64,000 bases of DNA from Eledone cirrhosa. Lineage: Eukaryota. Both the position numbers and the translations under genes were made by a program. The notes under the pieces are model-generated. The model ran no database searches. It had not been told where the DNA came from and worked only from the letters and a program-made list of their open reading frames with translations. Location of the stretch: NCBI GenBank assembly GCA_964016885.1, contig OZ024741.1, positions 236,592,001 through 236,656,000 on the forward strand. The letters run 5' to 3'. Each line of letters starts with the position of its first letter. Positions within the stretch are counted from its first letter, which is position 1. Of this stretch, positions 1 through 12,151 are shown piece by piece.

Positions 1-412
1 CTTGGGTATTAACCAAAAGAATATGATGACAATACAAGCGGCTGAAATAGGGTTCCTCCAAAGGGACCTTGGAGTAACATTACTCGATAGAGTGTGTAGT
101 TCGGAGATCAGAGAGTCACTCCAGGTAGAGCCTCTACTTCTCCAAATTGAGAGATCACAGCTCCAATACTATGAGCATGTGGTTAGAATGTTTCAGGAAA
201 GAATCACTAGATAGATTATATGGCCAAAACCAACTGGCAGGAGACCCAAGGGTAGACCCTGAGCAAGATGGTTGGATAACATCTATGAGCTTGGCTAGTC
301 TCGCATGGGATCAATTAGAGACAGTTGTTTCTGACAGGGCCCGCTGAAGGGAGTGTTTGGGGACTCTACCCCCATGACCCTCTCAAGAATAAGCGGGCGA
401 AGAAGAAGAAGA
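1..412 (+). mobile_element. RTE-clade LINE 3' fragment (Rex3/Expander-like)
   Basis: IQAAEIGFLQR..GVTLLDRVCSSEIRESLQVEPLLLQIERSQL; GAA-repeat tail; same family as 19530-20103. Confidence 0.75.
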
Positions 413-1959
413 AACACATTTTAAAATATTTTCTGCTAAATCATTACAGGATGTTAAGAGATACCTTGTTTAACTGCATTAAGCCTTTTGATACCACTCC
501 AGGTTATATGGCATAAAACTGTTTATTTTATAGTGTTATTATTTATCTAAAAACCTTCAGTCATCATTTTATGTAAGAATATTTGTTAAGTTATGTTCCA
601 AACACCAGCTTGATAATGGTTTCTGATTTAAACACAAAGCCAGCAGTTTTTTGGAAAGGGGAAAGTTATTTTATCGAACCCTTGACGATTAAAAGTAAAG
701 TTAACCCCAGCAGGATTTTAATTCAGAATATAGAAAGTCATATCTAAATACTGCAAAGCATTTTGTCCAAAGCTCTACCGATTCTGCGCAAAGCACCAGC
801 ATAATAATGAGAAAGTTATTTGACTAAATCCCCCCAAGTTATTGGTTATTTTCAAAATGACCTGAAAATCGTGAGCACTGTCTCTCATTAGAAATATGAT
901 CATGATAGGGTTAATAAAAATATTTCTGTTACTAAGTCACAGTAGACTAAAAAAATTCAACACAGACTAAAGTACATGAATGAATTATAATAGCGAAAAT
1001 AACACAATAATAGAATTATAACAATATCAAGAGAACAGCATGATGGGAGAAAATAAATAAATAACAGCCACAATTGGTGTCATTTAAAGATATTCAAGAC
1101 TAAATATTTTAGTCTCAATATGCAAAATATCACAAGGAGAACATTGTTTTAGTTTGGTTCTAATTTAGATAAATTTGAGATGACTTGCTTGTAAAACTAT
1201 ATTTGTGGCTGGCAGGACATATACTGACAAAGGTTCACCAAGAAAATGACCACAAAATGTTTTAGTATCTTCACTAGTTTATATAACAATTTGGTTGGCA
1301 CAGCATAGTCAAATGGTTAAACAGTTCATTTTGCAATCATTTGGTTCTGGATTTGATTTCATTGTGTGGCATCATAGGCAATTATCAGTTACCATAGTCT
1401 CAGGTTGACACATACTTTGTGAGTGAAATTGGGTAGACAGAAACATTTTCAAACCCATCAGATGAACTGCAACTAAAATTCAAAGAGCCAGTCTTGTCAC
1501 ACACCGTCTCACACTGAATCACTCTGAGAATTACATTAAAAGTAAATGTGTCTGTGGAATGCTCAGTCACTAGTATGTTAATTTTATGAAAAGGCTGTTC
1601 ATTTAATGTAACAATTGGTACACTGTTCAAACTGACTGAGGTCCATTCCATAACTTGATAAACTAAAGGTGAGGTGGAAAAGGTTTGCTACTCAACTCAG
1701 CAAAGATTGATAAGGGAAATAAACAATTTTTGTTTGCAGTGTCATATAATCAACAAAGTATGTGGGCTGGATGAAATGAAGTTCTGAGCCAGATTTGAAC
1801 ACGGGGTTGTATTTTGCCAATCCCTGCAATTGACTCCTATATTTGTCTATCTATCTATCTACCTGATGCTGTGTGTGTGTGTCTGCGCATGTGCGCTTGT
1901 GTGTGTGTGCATGTATATGTGTGTGTGAGTGTGTGTATATATGTATAAATGTGTGTGTG

Positions 1960-2520
1960 AGTGTATTTTGATCTTACTAAATCTCTTCAGGGAAGCATAT
2001 TCACTTCAGACGCCAGGTGTCAACACACCACCAAGGACAACACACTCCTTAAGGGATGGCATATGCTATCTAAAACTCCTGCACTTCAATGTGAGACCAC
2101 CCCTGCTACCCATCAATCTAACCATAGGGAAGTTCTGAATATACAACTTGTGCACTCAGGAAACTCACTGAAGAGGCTACTCTCAAAATCCAACCCACAT
2201 ACACAAACAATGTATGCACACTCCCTAACTGCTCTACTATCATGTGGAACAGTACATGAGTTTTTCATACATGGTATACGAGGTCATCTATTTAAATGGT
2301 GATGTCTAATACATTAGAAACACTGTCTGGAGGCTACACAAACAAATCAAGGAAAAAATGAGTGCTTCCTCTGGCCAAAAAAACATCAACAACATTTTCA
2401 GACCTAAGATATTGAGATCCCCATAGAGGCCACAAAGAGACTTTTCTTATTAATAGATAGGTATCAACCTAGCATTAACAACAGATCTGAACCACACAAG
2501 GGCCAACTGGCTACTGCGAC
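1960..2520 (+). mobile_element. Degenerate Penelope-like element, GIY-YIG endonuclease region
   Basis: Decayed translation resembling YIGET.R.L..RI.EH (YIRNTVWRLHKQIKE) and I.RYQPSINNR. Confidence 0.55.
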
Positions 2521-3320
2521 CAGTCTACATACATCACCTTTCCACCACTGGCCAGTCATAAAACAAAGAATTGCTCATAAGAACAAAACTCTCATTTTTC
2601 TCCATTTGATAAAGAAAGTCTAACCTCAAAATATGAAATGTAGGGTAAAAACTATAGTTTTGTCATTCTTACTGGAGTTAATTATGACATTTTGGACTAC
2701 ATCCTTCTTTAGAAAATGAGAAAAGAATGTAAGAATGAAGATAAGCAAGTAAGGACAAAGAGGAGTTGAGGCAAATTCTGTGTACAGGAAAGTTACATGG
2801 CCTCAGACTGATGGGAAGTGGCTGGAATTGGTGGGATGGATTATGTGTTCTGTGACAGAGCAGCAGATGGCTAGATCACTTTGTGTGTGGGAGTTGGTTG
2901 TATGTATGAGTGTGTGAATGTGTTTGTTGGTTGTATGTATGAGCCTGTCTGGGTTGTATGTATGAGAGTGTGTGTTATTGTTGATACATATGTATATAAT
3001 CATTAGCCAAACCTTTTTAGTTATAATTTCTAAACCAAACATTGGGGGATTTTAATAATTACAGACATTTCCAAATCAATCATTCTCAACATATTTAGCT
3101 TTCAGTTATGTTTGACATCTTACATCTATTGTTTCTTATGATGACCACTGTGATGACAGTAAATGCTTAAAGTTATGCAAATGTTCTGCTAATAGTAGTA
3201 AATTGAGGATAGTTTCCTCAGATAAACCTAATTTTCAATCTTATTGTGTTATAGATGTAATATATGCAGATAACTAAGTAGATAGTTCACAGCAAGATTC
3301 ATCAATCATTATATATACAT

Positions 3321-3501
3321 GGTGGATTGGCAGTATCGGTAGAGGGTCGGACGCCATGCTTTCCAGCATAGTTACGTCCCTTTACGATCTGAGTTCAAAT
3401 CCCGCCGAGGTTGACTTTGCCTTTCATCCTTACGGGGTCGATAAAATAAAGTACCAGTAATGCACTGAGTAATTGCTGGCCTTGTGCCTAAAGTAGAAAC
3501 A
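3321..3501 (+). mobile_element. Young ~185-bp tRNA-type SINE with Deu/Nin-like core
   Basis: B-box-like GAGTTCAAATCCC, core GCCTTTCATCCTTACGGGGTCGATAAAATAAAGTACCAG; 13-bp TSD ATTATATATACAT. Confidence 0.85.
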
Positions 3502-3599
3502 ATTATATATACATATAAATGTTGTGAAATAACCATGAGTATGATCTTGTTCAGTGACAAAGGACATCATCTGAAACACAACAATATACCACATAGCAT

Positions 3600-4400
3600 T
3601 GCTTCTGAAGTGTTTAGCTTCATTAGTACGGTCTGTAGGCAGTATATGGATAAAAGCTGGAGGGTCTTCTATCAGTGGAAGTCTGACCTTTCCTCCTAAG
3701 CCACACACGACAAGTGTAATATCCATGCTACCAATTGCGACTTTAGGATAATTTCTATGAGTCTTTGATGGATCGTATGGAAATGCGGCTCTTAGCCAGT
3801 TTGTTCTGCTTTGAAGAGTCATTTGTGCTCGCCGAGTTTGCATCGCAACTCTCATTGCCTCTTGGTGATTTTCATATTGAACCTCTGTTTGTTGCGATAG
3901 TCTGTAGCAGTTGTCTCCCTTGTTTGGATTAACATCTAGACGGGAAGTAGAACCCTTTCTGTAACTTCCGGTCAGAACCCTATAAAACTAACAACTTTAA
4001 GTTCTCACTCTCTCATTTGGCTCTGCCTCTCATTTGGCCTTCCGGCGCCTGGCTGGCCTTAGCCAGGCGTCCTCTGCTAGCCGCGTTTGCCTGGCAATCA
4101 AAACGGTAACGACTAACTTTGTTTCATTCTATCATCTATTTCTTTGACATGTCAACTATACTATCTACCATTGTTAATTAAATATTATACACACAAACAA
4201 TGTATTCCTTGTTACATTCATGCAACCCAGTACTTTCGCTAGAAGTCTTTCTTCTTGCCTTAATCTTTGTTTCCTGTCTCAGGTTCTGTTCACTTTCAGA
4301 AAGTTGCGATCATTTCTTGATGTCTTAACCTTTCTGTTTCCAGTCTCATTCTGCTGAATGTCACAATATTTATTGTCCCTTTATTCCCAAGTCTTTTTTT
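3600..4400 (-). mobile_element. Helitron RepHel N-terminal remnant
   Basis: ORF 3855->3430 contains RAAFPYDP....VAIGSM...C..GGKVRLPLIEDPP......AKHFRSN, the motif preceding the Helitron Rep domain. Confidence 0.7.
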
Positions 4401-4921
4401 ATATTATTCATGAGTTTCTCTTTCATTTGAAGATTTCAATCATTTGGCGGACATTGTAAACCCTCACTGAATAGATGGGCGGTGTTTTAGTGACATGATG
4501 AAATTAATTTTCTTGGAAAATATCATGAAAAAAACAACAATACAAAGCAATATATAAAAAAAAAATAGAAAGAAATGCAAATAGCAGCCTTAGAGAATAC
4601 GGTGACACTCTGTCATCTGAATTAGGTCAATAATGACACTATCCTCAAAAAGCTAATATACTTACTTAATATACAACGTAGATTAATTTCAAATAGTATC
4701 AATTTTTTCTTTGTTCTATAAAATCAAAGACTTTTGTGGGACGTCACTCTCTTTCTCCTAATAGCTAATACTTTAATTGTATATTTCTCTATATAACGAC
4801 CTATCTTTCTCTCTCTCTCTTTAGATGTGTGTGCATGTATATGTGTGTGTGTGTATAGTTTTCATGCAACCATCCAACCAGCCAGCAAACCAACCAATAA
4901 ACATCTCTCTTTTATATTATA

Positions 4922-5508
4922 CTAGCAGTGGTACCCGGCGTTGCACGGGATAAGGTATTGTGAAATATATAACCGCCTTAGCTAAGCTTAGTATTGCCAC
5001 AACCACGGCTGGCAAAGAAGTAAGGGTCTGGTGGTACGTAAGTAAGCAACATTGTGGCTTAAAACGTGAGGAAGAAGTTGTGTGCACTTACCAACTGTTT
5101 GGGGAATGAGTGTGAGATTTGTCTTGAGCAAGGGTGGCAGAATAACCGGAGGCAGCAGACAGCCAGACATACAGACAGATATAAGGGCGCGTTCTGGACG
5201 CAGAGCGAATTGTAGGAAGTGACGTAATGCAGACAGCCAGACAGACAGATATTATATGCGCGCGACGTTATATGTATGTATCTATCTAAAAAGAGAACGA
5301 CTAAGAATTATAGAGAGAGATCGCTAAATCGTCTAATGCGGTCCCTAGGGCATTGAAAAGTTGAAATTTATTTTTCTCAGAACACTCCCTGAAACATAAG
5401 TATTACATGTGTAAAGTTTGAAAACAGTCGGTTGGGTGCTTCTCTAGTTTTAGTGATTCAAACTCACACACACACACAGACAGACATCCTCAGATTTATA
5501 TATATAGA
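4922..5508 (-). mobile_element. Complete non-autonomous Helitron
   Basis: Minus strand starts TCTATATATATAAA..GATGTCTGTCTG and ends with hairpin CCCGtgcaacgcCGGG followed by CTAG and a flanking T. Confidence 0.8.
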
Positions 5509-6037
5509 CTAGCAGAAAACCACCCGGTGGGCGGTTTTCTGCTAGCAAATCTAGTGTATATACTGATATTGTTGAGATTTGGATGAGAAATGTTTTCGGC
5601 ACCACATGTTCACCGTCTCTCGGTGTGTCTTTTATGCATGTATAAATATATATGTTATCTATACGGTGAAATCTTTGAAATAAATATATGTTAAAACGAA
5701 AAAGGAGAAAAAGAGATTAGTGACGGAAATATAAACGTTATGATATAACGATGGAAATATATCTTCAAATGGTCCTTGGCATGGTGTCAAGTCAGAACTG
5801 CCTCGAACTGGTTACTTCTGGCTTGTGCAAGGTGTCTCTATAGCAACCAGCGATTCCCTCGGCCTCAGTGACCAAAGTCAGTGGAGAGGGGAAGGTAATG
5901 TTTCTATAGCGACAGTGTTTCTCTTGGTAGTACTAAAGTGGAGAAAGGAAGGGGAAGGTAATATTTCTGTAGCACCTACATTTGAGTTTTAGGGAAGGAC
6001 AGACAGACAGACAGACAGAGAAATGCCCATATATTTC

Positions 6038-6078
<41 letters not shown>

Positions 6079-6104
6079 CACACACAGAAATGTATATATA
6101 TTTC

Positions 6105-6143
<39 letters not shown>

Positions 6144-6748
6144 TCAGGTCACCAGTTGGTGCTACTGGTAACATGTATCCCAGTACAACCTGTCTCATGG
6201 TCGGGTCGTTGGCGACTAAACTGGCAACCCCACCAAGGTTTCTTGGTGAGGAGGGTGACTTTGGACATCCTGCAGGACTAAAAACAAAACCTGTCAAAGG
6301 GCAAAGGAGCTCTTAAGAGTCAATGGCCATCCAAAATCACCGGGAGAGATGACCCCTTAGCCTTTGTCAAGGCAGAATTCTAGGAGAAGGAAAACTCTGA
6401 TATAACACCTGCAACCTTGATGGTATCCAATGATGTTGACTTGTTCTTCTTTTTGGTAAATATCATCTTGGTTAAGAGAGTGGGACTGGCTTTGTGCAGT
6501 GCCTTTGCTCACTATAAAAGCTTCACGGCACAGGCATTGCTTTATATCTGGAGATCTCTCTGCACTTGTCCTCACATGGTACCATGGGCCCAGCACTATG
6601 TGTCAATAATTGTCACAAGTGTAGTGTTTGTACCAGAGTTTTCAAGTCGCTGGCTGGACTAAAAAGTCACACTCATGCAGCGCTTCGGTAGGGGTTCTCC
6701 TACATGGATATAAAGTAGTGGCCGTACTCGAAAACGAGTTGGCAGCCA

Positions 6749-6784
<36 letters not shown>

Positions 6785-7455
6785 CTGTGTGTATATATAT
6801 ATATTACACACACAGAAATGTATATATATTTCTGTGTGAGTATATATATATTACACACACAGAAATGTATATATATTTCTTAGAACAAAATTATTATTAA
6901 TGTTTTGCTGTTCATAACAATTGGAATTGAAAAATTACTTATTTTACTAATGCTTAGATATGTAAAAATGAAGCAATGTTTCTAATAATTGTTTCTACTT
7001 TTGGCACAAGGCCAGCAATTACCCAGTACATTACTGGTACTTTATTTTATCGACCCCGTGAGGATGAAAGGCAAAGTTAACCTCGGCGATATTTGAACTC
7101 AGACCGTAAAGGGACGTAACTCCATGCTATGAAGCATGGTGTCCGACTCTCTACAGATTCTGCCAATCCACCGCCCTAATGTCTGTACGTAATGAGGGAG
7201 TGAGACGGGAGAGAAAGAAAGGCAGAGGTGAAGTGACAAAGTGACTCTCTCCTCCTCCTCCATCTCCCCATTCGTCACAGCGATAGAGGGGAGGAATGTT
7301 AGTGTGTTACAAAGAGAAAGAGTGAGAGTCAGAGAAACAGACAGACTAAAAGAGAGGGATAGCTGGAGAGAGAGAGAGATAGCAACCACGCGCGCGTGTG
7401 TTTCCACTGTCGGACAGACAGACAGAGAAATTGCTGGTTATATATTATAAGGAGA
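5509..7455 (-). mobile_element. Second Helitron-type element(s) with nested insertions
   Basis: 3' CTAG at 5509-5512; 5'-like (TCTG)n heads near 6000-6035 and A|TCTCCTTATAATATATAA at 7455. Confidence 0.55.
6985..7175 (-). mobile_element. Young SINE copy (partial copy also at about 7472-7626)
   Basis: Reverse complement of the 3321 family. Confidence 0.8.
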
Positions 7456-7629
7456 TATTATATATTTAAAATAATTGTTTCCACTTTTGGCACAAGGCCA
7501 GTATTATTCTAGTGCATTACTGGTTCTTTATTTTATCAATCCTGTAAGGATGAAAGGCAAAGTTAACCTTGGCAGGATTTGAACTCACACTGTAAAGGGC
7601 CGTAACTGTATGCTGCAAAGCATGGTGTG

Positions 7630-7975
7630 CAATTAGGGTTAGGAATCAAGTTATGGTTAGGTTTAAGTTTAGGGTTAGGGTTAGATTTAGGGTATGGGAC
7701 AAAGATAGAGTCAAGGTTTGTGTTAGAGTTATGGATAAGGTCTAGGTGAGGGTTAGGGTTCAAGTTTGGGTTAGTGTTAAGGTTATTATGGTAAGGGTTA
7801 GGGTTAGGAGTAGGGTTAGTGTTACGGTTAATGTTAGAGTTACATTTAAGGTAGATTTAGTTAGTTTGGGTTACAATTAGGGTTGAGGTTAGGTTTAGGG
7901 TTAGGGTTAGGTTTAGGGTTAGAGTTAGTTTGGGTTACGATTAGGGTTAAGATTAAGGTTAAAGTTAGGGTTGGC
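7630..7975 (+). repeat. Degenerate (TTAGGG)n-like interstitial telomeric repeat
   Basis: Many TTAGGG/TTAGGT/TTAGAG hexamers in phase. Confidence 0.75.
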
Positions 7976-7979
7976 TCTA

Positions 7980-8960
7980 AGAAGGATTGTTGAGGAGGTA
8001 CAGAATTATAAAAAGGAAGCAACAATTGTATTATTGTATTCATAGATTCCAAGAAGATTTGATCAACCAAAAGAAGATGTTCAAAATCCTTCTTGCTTAT
8101 GGGATACCCCATCAGATCGTGAATGCAAGTTAAGTCATGTATGAGAATACTTCAGCACTTGTGATGATGCCTGGGGGAAACACAGACCTATTCCCCATTG
8201 ATACTAAAGTCCTCTAGGAAGATCGTCTGACTCTTTTTTTTGAAGTATGCCTTAATTATGCATTGCGTAAGACCATTGCACCACCAGATGAATTAATATT
8301 GAAAAAATCTGGAGGAAGTTTTACCTGAAATGACTTACAGAGATGAGATAGCTCTCTTGGAAAACACATGTGAAAAAGCTGAAGAAGTGCTTCACATAGT
8401 GGCAGATGCAGCGCAGTCTATTGGACTGCAATTCATGCATCTCAGTGTAACATCAAATAAACAAATGCATTCGCTGTATGGTTCGGAGATTGAGGAGGTC
8501 AATGGCTTCTTGTATCTTGGCAGTTTTATGAACACTGAGCATGATGTAGACACCAGGATAGGCAAAGCATGGGAGACTCAACTCCCTAGCAAAGAAAACC
8601 AAAAAAGGAGGCTATTGAAAGCAATGGTTGAGTTGATTCTTCTCTACGGATGTGAGTCATGGGCACTGACAAAAATATTAACAAAGAGGATGCTGAACAT
8701 ATCCTGGAGAACATATCTAGCAAAGAAATAGCTCTATGACTTACACCTTCACCTTTCTGATATATGGCATAGGAGGCTTACATTAGCTGGACATGTGAAG
8801 GATCATAATAAACCTGCTAGCAGAGTCCTTTTCTGGAAATCTGATGCATGCAGACAAGTTTGGAGACCAACCATAACACTGAAGAAGACACCACATTGGA
8901 GGCAGGGGAAATTCAGATGGCAATGCTAGAGAAGGAGAACTGGAGGAGGAACTTCATCAT
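7980..8960 (+). mobile_element. Decayed RTE-type LINE reverse transcriptase fragment
   Basis: IEEVNGFLYLGS, DVDTRIGKAW, ILLYGCESWALTK, RMLNISWR; stops and frameshifts present. Confidence 0.8.
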
Positions 8961-9307
8961 GGATATATAGAATATATATATGCCTGACCACCCTGCTCCC
9001 TCACACATGCGCCTAGATCAACCTTCCCAAGTCCCCAGCCCACACTGTAGTCAGAATGGTGAAACAGCACTTAGCCCACACAGTGAAGTGGTTGTGTAGG
9101 TGACACGACAAAAAGCACCCAGCACACATTGTAAATGTAGTTGGTGTTAGGAAGAGCATCCAGCCATAGAAACCAAGCCCAAACCAGTCCTGTATGAGCA
9201 AGTCATGGTCATCGGACCTGGCTTGTCTCACAATGGGGCAACCTGTCTAACCCATGCTAGCTTGGTAAATGGACATTAAATGATGATGATGATGTACATT
9301 TATATTT

Positions 9308-9345
<38 letters not shown>

Positions 9346-9434
9346 TCATCATCATCATTGTTTAACATCCATTTTCCATGCTAGCATGGATTAGATGAGC
9401 TCTCCCATAGTGACATATTTTTTATATGTGGCTG

Positions 9435-9960
9435 ATGCACAGGTCCAGTAAGTAACAAGAACCCACAGGATACAAGCTCCTTCAAATGCCCAGATGGCTC
9501 TGTAGAAGTAGTAGATAGTTTTTGTTACCTGGGTGATCAAATTAGCAGTGGAGGAAGATGTTCAGAAAGCACAGTAGCCAGAATAAGAACAAGTTAGAGA
9601 AGGTTCAGGGAGTTACTACCACTGCTAACTACAAAAGGTTTTGTCCCTTAAAATGAAGGGCAGCTTGTGTGATGCATGTGTATGAACAGCAATGTTCGTG
9701 GGTGCTGTGTGCAGAGGACCTGCGAAGATTGGAAACAAATGAAGCTTCCATGCTTTGATGAATGTGTAATAGTAATATACAGCAAAGCATAAATGAACTG
9801 AGAGAGAAATTGGACATAAGCGGGATCAGATGCAGTTTGCAGGAGAGGAGATTGTATTGGTATGGACATGTGATGTGAATGAAAGATGACATCTGTATAA
9901 AAAGGTGCAGAGTGTTCAAAGTTGATGGAAGTATGGAGTAGGAACACTTGGGATTAGGTA
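9435..9960 (+). mobile_element. RTE (BovB-like) LINE 3' fragment
   Basis: VVDSFCYLGDQISSGGRCSESTVARIR, RLETNEASML; related fragments elsewhere in window. Confidence 0.75.
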
Positions 9961-10309
9961 ATAAAAGCTGACCTTCCACAACTACACCTCTCACAGGACC
10001 ATGGCATTATGCAGTAATACAGAAGACCCACCTTCCCATGTGCAGGGGCTGAGGCCTACATCTAGTATGTGCAACTTTCCTCTCCCATACACCTCTCACG
10101 TCGTAACACTTCACCCATGTTCGTAGATCTAACGCCCCAATCTCCATGCAACTCCCCCACCCAAGTCTCCAGTTCACAGTTCACACTGTAAAGTAGTCAT
10201 GTACCTTTTTATACAGCTGTCATACTTCATGCACATCACATGTCCAAACCATTGCAGGCTGCATCACTCCATGGTTCTAAAAAATAGATTGTTTACTTAT
10301 ATGTCTGTA

Positions 10310-10359
<50 letters not shown>

Positions 10360-11721
10360 GACACATATATACATACAGACATATATGTAAACAATCTATT
10401 TTTAGAACTGTGGAGCGAAAAGAAGTTTTGAATTTATAAGTTAGAACCTTCAACGTTTTTTGACTATGGAAGATTGTCTAATAAGTTGGGCATATAAACC
10501 CGACAGGAAGATAAAATTTGTATAGCACTGCTTCTGCAATATACTGTTTAATTGATAGTTGTGCATCAGAAACCATGTTGGTTTGGGTAACTATCCATCT
10601 ATCCTGTTGGCTTTGTTCATCCTCTGTTGTTCCTCCACTAAAATTCTAAAAGAAAGTACTCGCGTACAAGAATTCATTTCATGTTTCATTGAGTGAGCAG
10701 AAACAACCATAATTAATTTGACTTGTATCATCACTACACAACGCATCAGTTAATTTCGTAATTACTATTATTATTATTTCACTCCAAGTCCATATCGTAT
10801 TTGTATACAAAAATAGTTGAGTGCTTTGATGGTCAGTATAGATATTTCATTTATGTATTCCCACCAAAAATTCTCAAATAGAAAATGTTATAGTAACTTC
10901 CTCCATTGGATCGAGCTCACATAGACTGTATACTACTACTACTACTACCACAGTGTGTGACTGGTATCCGAAATGGCAGGATCTTTTGGGAATTTTGTAA
11001 ACACTTTTATTATTATATATATACCTATATATCATCATCATTTAATGTCCACTTTCCCTTCTAGCAAGAGTTAGATGGGTCGTTACAGACTATGTTAGTA
11101 CTGAAGTGCATCTATTGACGTCCCAGATAGGCTGGGCACCCGCATTCTTCACTTACATACAGCCCAACACTCAATCAAATGCTTTTTATCATGGCATTAG
11201 TACTAGGGAGGCTGCCATGTTTTGACACAACTGAAGGGGCCTTCTAACTCTTTGTTTGGCAAGCTTTCTACAGCTGGATGCCCTTCCTATCACCAATCAT
11301 TTTATGGTGGGTACTTGGTATATTTATCATGTAAATCATCAACACTAGAGACATTGTTGTGCCATTGGTACAGCTGAAGGGTCCCCCCTCAATCTTTTTA
11401 GGCATGGTTTGTGTAGCAGGGTACCCTTCCTACACACATACACATGTGCGCACACACACACACAACACACACATGCAAGACATATACACACACTCATTAA
11501 GATCTTTATTAAATGGGACGCTTTTTTCAATTATATTTTATAATACTTTATTTCATACAGAGACAATGAAGGCAAGGCAATTAGAAACATTTAAAAATAT
11601 TTAGAAATTAGCAGAATTGGAAAAAGATTTTGTTGTTTAATTTTTTTTTCTGTTTCTTTTTTGTTCTTTTGTGGAGATGGGCTGTCTTTCTAAAGAAAAG
11701 TTAATTATAGGGTAAACTGTG

Positions 11722-11773
11722 TCATCTCTGAATAGTCTTTAGCTGGTCTTGAATGTCATCCAATGTAACAGTG
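11722..11773 (-). CDS. BORCS7: BORCS7 last coding exon
   Basis: tttctttgtttag acceptor, (S)TVTLDDIQDQLKTIQR then TGA. Confidence 0.85.
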
Positions 11774-12094
11774 CTAAACAAAGAAATAAGCAAAAAATAT
11801 ATAAACACATGAAAGATTTCTGACATCTACTTATTATATTGAAGCTGGTGTTTCTGTGGTGTAAAAAGTCTATCATAGTGGAAAGAGGGGGTATGAGTGT
11901 GTGTCTATATCAGAGAATGGTGGTGGTAGTAGCAGCAGCAATGATAATATTATTTTTTAATTGCATGTCTTTATGGAAAGGAGATGTTAAGAGAGAGAGA
12001 GATGGAGACAGAGAGAGAGAGGGAGAGAGAGAGAGAGCCAAAGGAGGAATTGCTTTTTAAAATGTTGATCAGGCTGTGGAAAGGGGATGGTAAA

Positions 12095-12151
<57 letters not shown>

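Noticed and set aside
3321-3420. tRNA-like A/B box sequences
   Set aside because: SINE heads in many copies; no cloverleaf supportable
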